Of a stretch of 13,047 bases of DNA, positions 9,850 to 13,047 are shown piece by piece. Position numbers and translations under genes: made by a program. How positions within the stretch are numbered: position 1 is the first letter of the stretch; every line of letters starts with the position of its first letter. This DNA is from Octopus sinensis (lineage: Eukaryota), in contig NW_021826394.1 in the NCBI RefSeq assembly GCF_006345805.1, forward strand, positions 1 through 13,047, read 5' to 3'. The notes beneath the pieces are model-generated. The model worked only from the letters and a program-made list of their open reading frames with translations. It was not told the DNA's origin and searched no databases.

Positions 9850-9989
9850 CAGAGTACATACACAATTAACTATCACACACAAAACTCATGCTGCCATGAG
9901 GAACCTACACAGCTAAAAACCTAAACTTTAGTCACTGGACTATATACAAACGACTCCTGTCTACTCTCCCACCAGCCAGATTAAATTTG

Positions 9990-10302
9990 GAGTGCCTTGA
10001 TTATAACTAAACATGCTCACTCAACCGTATCAGCCTTCTTTTTAGGCGCAAAATATATTAACACACGGACGTAGTGGGAAACGTACAAAAGATTATAAAC
10101 TTAATCATGTATTCATTGTCTACAAACACTTCACAGAAAACATTCAGAGCATTGATTGCTTGGACATGTTCTGTGAACCGTGTCAGCCTTAACTTACGAC
10201 GCCAAACATTGTCACTTGATTCTAACACACGGACGTAGCCGGGAACCAAAAGAAATTTCTTAGACCAGTCGTGTACCAATCAAATCTTATTCAAAACACA
10301 CA
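9990..10302 (+). repeat. Penelope 3' pseudo-LTR segment containing two ~164-nt-spaced internal repeat units
   Basis: Matches 8037-8343 in inverted orientation. AACCGTRTCAGCCTT and AACACACGGACGTAG each occur twice. Confidence 0.88.
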
Positions 10303-10368
10303 TACACACAGACACACACACATACACACACACACACATACACACACACACACACACACAAACACACG
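10294..10368. repeat. (CA)n microsatellite
   Basis: Read directly. Confidence 0.95.
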
Positions 10369-10369
10369 C

Positions 10370-11146
10370 ATAGGGAGAATTCACAAAAAACAAAAGACAA
10401 AGATAGGTGGTGTAAACAACAAACAGATGTATTAGTTTAACGCTAGGGAAGTGAAAAAGTCTTTAATGTTTCGAGCCTACGCTCTTCCACAGAAAGGAAC
10501 ACAGAAAGAAACAAGGAGAGAAAATAAAGAATGTGCAGTGGCTAGCAATCTATCATGGCGAATACCGGACAGAGCGGGTCACACAGGAGAACTAGGAAGA
10601 AGGAGAGATAATAAAGTAGTGGTGATCCCAAACAGAAGGTGCGCCTGCGTGTGTATAAGATAGCATGTATTTGCGTGTGGAAGAGGGCTGGCGACCCTGA
10701 CGTGTGCGTGTGTGTATGTGCAGGTGTGTGGATGATGGTGTGGGTGCTGGGAAGTGGTCAGTGCTTGTGTGTGCGTGGTGGATGATGTGATGTGGTGTAT
10801 TATGTGGTGGTGTGTGGTGTGGTGTGGTAGTGTTGGGATGTAGGAGAGGCGAGAGTGGGGAAAGCAAGGGTGGGGGTAGAGGTGGGATATGTGCGAGTGG
10901 GTGTAAGGTATGGTGTAGGGGATGGGATGGGATGGAAAGGGAAGGTAGGTTGGATTCTGTAGGGGCGGGGTTAAGAGGGAGGGTGATGATGGAAGGAGGG
11001 GGAAAGGAAGAAGGAGGGTACGAGTGAAGAGAAAAAGTAGGAGTCGGAGCAAGAGAGGAGAGGTGGATGGAAGTAGGTGTGAGAGGAAGAGAGGAGAGGG
11101 AAGGAGGGTTAGATGAAGAGGGGGGAGAGTTGAGCCATGTGGTGCT
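10370..11146 (-). mobile_element. Probable second Penelope-related or non-autonomous repeat end, with a long G-rich low-complexity body
   Basis: Contains a PLE-type hammerhead remnant (10461-10496) and then GT/GA-rich simple sequence. The family assignment is inferred from the hammerhead form. Confidence 0.5.
10461..10496 (-). ncRNA. Degenerate minimal type I hammerhead ribozyme motif
   Basis: Minus strand reads CTTT-CTGTGGA-A-GAGC-GTAG-GCTC-GAAAC-ATT-AAAG: stem I CTTT/AAAG, stem II GAGC/GCTC and GAAA are intact. The core deviates (CTGTGGA for CTGANGA; ACAT for the ACGT stem III palindrome). Confidence 0.55.
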
Positions 11147-11162
11147 ATATATATATATTTCA

Positions 11163-11339
11163 TTTTTTCTTCTACTTGTTTCAGTCATTTGACTGCGTCC
11201 ATGCTGGAACACCAGCTTCAGTCAAACAAATCAACCTCAGGACTTATTCTTTGTAAGCCCAGTACTGATTCTATCGGTGTCTTTTGAGGAACCACTAAGT
11301 AAACACGCCAACATCGGTCGTCAAGCGATGGTATGGGAA

Positions 11340-11373
<34 letters not shown>

Positions 11374-11417
11374 ACACACACAAAACACACACACACACAA
11401 CACAACACACATATATA

Positions 11418-11450
<33 letters not shown>

Positions 11451-11613
11451 CGACGGGCTTCTTTCAGTTTCCGTCTATCAAATCCGCTCTCAAGGCTTTG
11501 GTCGGGCCGGGGCTATAGTAGGAAACACTTTTCCAAGATACCACGCTATGGAACTGAACCCGGAACTATGTGGTCGGGAAGCAAGCTTCTTACCAGACAG
11601 CCACTCCTACGTC
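11163..11613 (-). mobile_element. Full-length bipartite tRNA-SINE, diverged, with (CA)n(TA)n linker
   Basis: 5' module at 11450-11613 and 3' module at 11163-11340. It aligns with 11677-12094. Confidence 0.88.
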
Positions 11614-11676
11614 TATCTAGGCACACACACACACACACACAAACAATGCATATACATATACATATATATTACTCTC

Positions 11677-12094
11677 TCTCTTTTACTCTTTTACTCTTTT
11701 ACTTGTTTCAGTCATTTGACTGCGGCCATGCTGGAGCACCGCCTTTAGTCGAGCAAATCGACCCCGGGACTTATTCTTTGTAAGCCCAGTACTTATTCTA
11801 TCGGTCTCTTTTGCCGAACCGCTAAGTGACGGGGACGTAAACACACCACCATCGGTTGTCAAGCAATGCTAGGGAGACAAACACAGACACACAAACACAT
11901 ACACACACATACATATATATAAACATATATACGACAGGCTTCTTTCAGTTTCCGTCTACCAAATCCACTCACAAGGCATTGGTCGGCCCGGGGCTATAGC
12001 AGAAGACACTTGCCCAAGATGCCACGCAGTGGGACTGAACCCGGAACCATGTGGTTGGTTAGAAAGCTACTTACCACACAGCCACTCCTGCGCC
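11677..12094 (-). mobile_element. Full-length bipartite tRNA-SINE, near consensus, with (AAAAGAGT)n tail
   Basis: GGCGCAGGAG-TGGCTGTGTGG (A box)...GGTTCAGTCCC (B box)...CTTGGGCAAGT (CORE-like); microsatellite linker; 3' module ending in the CAGTCA-AA-TGACTG inverted repeat and octamer repeats. Confidence 0.92.
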
Positions 12095-12299
12095 TATATA
12101 TATATATAATTCAGTATATAATTTCAGTAAAACAATTAAGATTCCAATGAATTCAAATGAATATGGTACTTAACTTAGATGCACCAGAATTCTTCATGGT
12201 ATTAAGCATAAAATTAACCATAAAATTGTTGGCTGATTATAACCAAGAATTATTATTACCGATCCATTCTTGTTGCTTTTTTCTTGGTTATATATATTT

Positions 12300-12304
12300 A
12301 TATT

Positions 12305-12338
<34 letters not shown>

Positions 12339-12355
12339 TGTATGTATGTATGTAT
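12300..12355. repeat. (TATG)n microsatellite
   Basis: Read directly. Confidence 0.95.
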
Positions 12356-12505
12356 TTGTGTCTGTGTTTGTTCCCTCACATCGCTTGACAACCGATGTTG
12401 GCGTGTTTACGTCCCCGTAACCGAGCGGTTTGGCAAGAGACCGATAGAATAGGTTTACAAAGAATAATCCTGGACTCGTGAAATGACTGAAACATGCAAA
12501 AGCAT
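12356..12505 (+). mobile_element. Solo SINE 3' module with internal deletions
   Basis: CATCGCTTGACAACCGATG...TTTACGTCCCCGTAAC...GAGACCGATAGAATA...AAATGACTGAAACA is the reverse complement of 11700-11880. No tRNA head upstream. Confidence 0.85.
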
Positions 12506-12507
12506 AA

Positions 12508-12516
12508 AGAATATAT

Positions 12517-12578
<62 letters not shown>

Positions 12579-12587
12579 TATATATAA
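12508..12587. repeat. (TA)n microsatellite
   Basis: Read directly. Confidence 0.95.
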
Positions 12588-12727
12588 TAGATGGCTTCTT
12601 CAGTTTCCGTCTACCAAATCCACTCATAAGGCTTCGGTCAGCCCGTGCTATAGCAGAAGACACTTGCCCAAAGTGTCATGCGTGGGACAGAACCCAGAAC
12701 CATGTGGTTGGATAGCAGGCTTCTTAT
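12588..12727 (-). mobile_element. Solo SINE 5' module, diverged
   Basis: Aligns with 11930-12080 (CAGTTTCCGTCTACCAAATCCACTCA...GAAGACACTTGCCCAA...GAACCATGTGGTTGG). Confidence 0.85.
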
Positions 12728-12975
12728 ACATACATACATACATAAATAAGCAGATGTGTGTGTGTGTGTGTATGTATTTTTATTGTCGGGTGTGTGTTTA
12801 GTCGCATATACATTATAGATATATGTGAGTATGTGTTTATATATGGTCTGTGAGAGAGAGAAATTGTGTGTGCGCGCATGTGAATGTGTTTGCGTGTGTA
12901 TGTTTACATTGTCGGTTGTGAGTAACGGTTGAATTTTTACACACGCATACACGCATACACGCATACACGCACACA
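12727..12975. repeat. Mixed (CATA)/(GT)/(GA)/(CACGCATA) simple repeats
   Basis: Read directly. Confidence 0.85.
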
Positions 12976-13047
12976 TCCATGTTCCGTTCGTCAGTGTCTT
13001 TGATACAAGAACTTGCACCTCTTTGCATGTCTTGTAGCTTTATTGCC

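Noticed and set aside
10055-10085. Twister (UAACAC), hairpin-ribozyme or hammerhead (GAAACGTA) reading of the repeated unit
   Set aside because: The other required core elements (UCCCAAGC/GAGGG, AGAA with loop B, CUGANGA) are absent.
10025-10245. CRISPR-like or integron attC-like repeats
   Set aside because: There are only two units, inside a eukaryotic retroelement terminal repeat, with no cas or integrase genes and no spacer array.
12010-12094. tRNA gene
   Set aside because: A and B boxes are present, but there is no convincing cloverleaf and the sequence continues into a SINE body found in several copies.
12988-12994. CTGACGA hammerhead core on the minus strand
   Set aside because: No stem II, GAAA or stem I partner follows.

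Overview
Eukaryotic, repeat-saturated, AT-rich DNA with no intact gene. The SINE, MITE and retroelement families resemble ones I recall from octopus (cephalopod) genomes; this is recognition, not a database result. In order: a tRNA-SINE head (1-136); a 5'-truncated L1/Tx1-type LINE end on + (242-1147); three different, decayed R4/Dong-type (restriction-like endonuclease) retrotransposons head-to-tail on -, separated by TAA/TGA microsatellites (1234-5364); an upstream R4-type RT fragment on + (5370-6330); a piggyBac-like MITE (6602-6830); a possible 115-nt host exon (7312-7426); a 5'-truncated Penelope element (RT + GIY-YIG) with inverted terminal repeats (8037-10302); a second repeat carrying a degenerate minimal hammerhead (10370-11146); and a cluster of bipartite tRNA-SINEs with microsatellites (11163-13047). 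The best leads are RNA-structure candidates: a duplicated nested pseudoknot with HDV-ribozyme-like topology in the Penelope terminal repeat, and the Penelope-type hammerhead remnant. Both are unverified and lack some canonical nucleotides.
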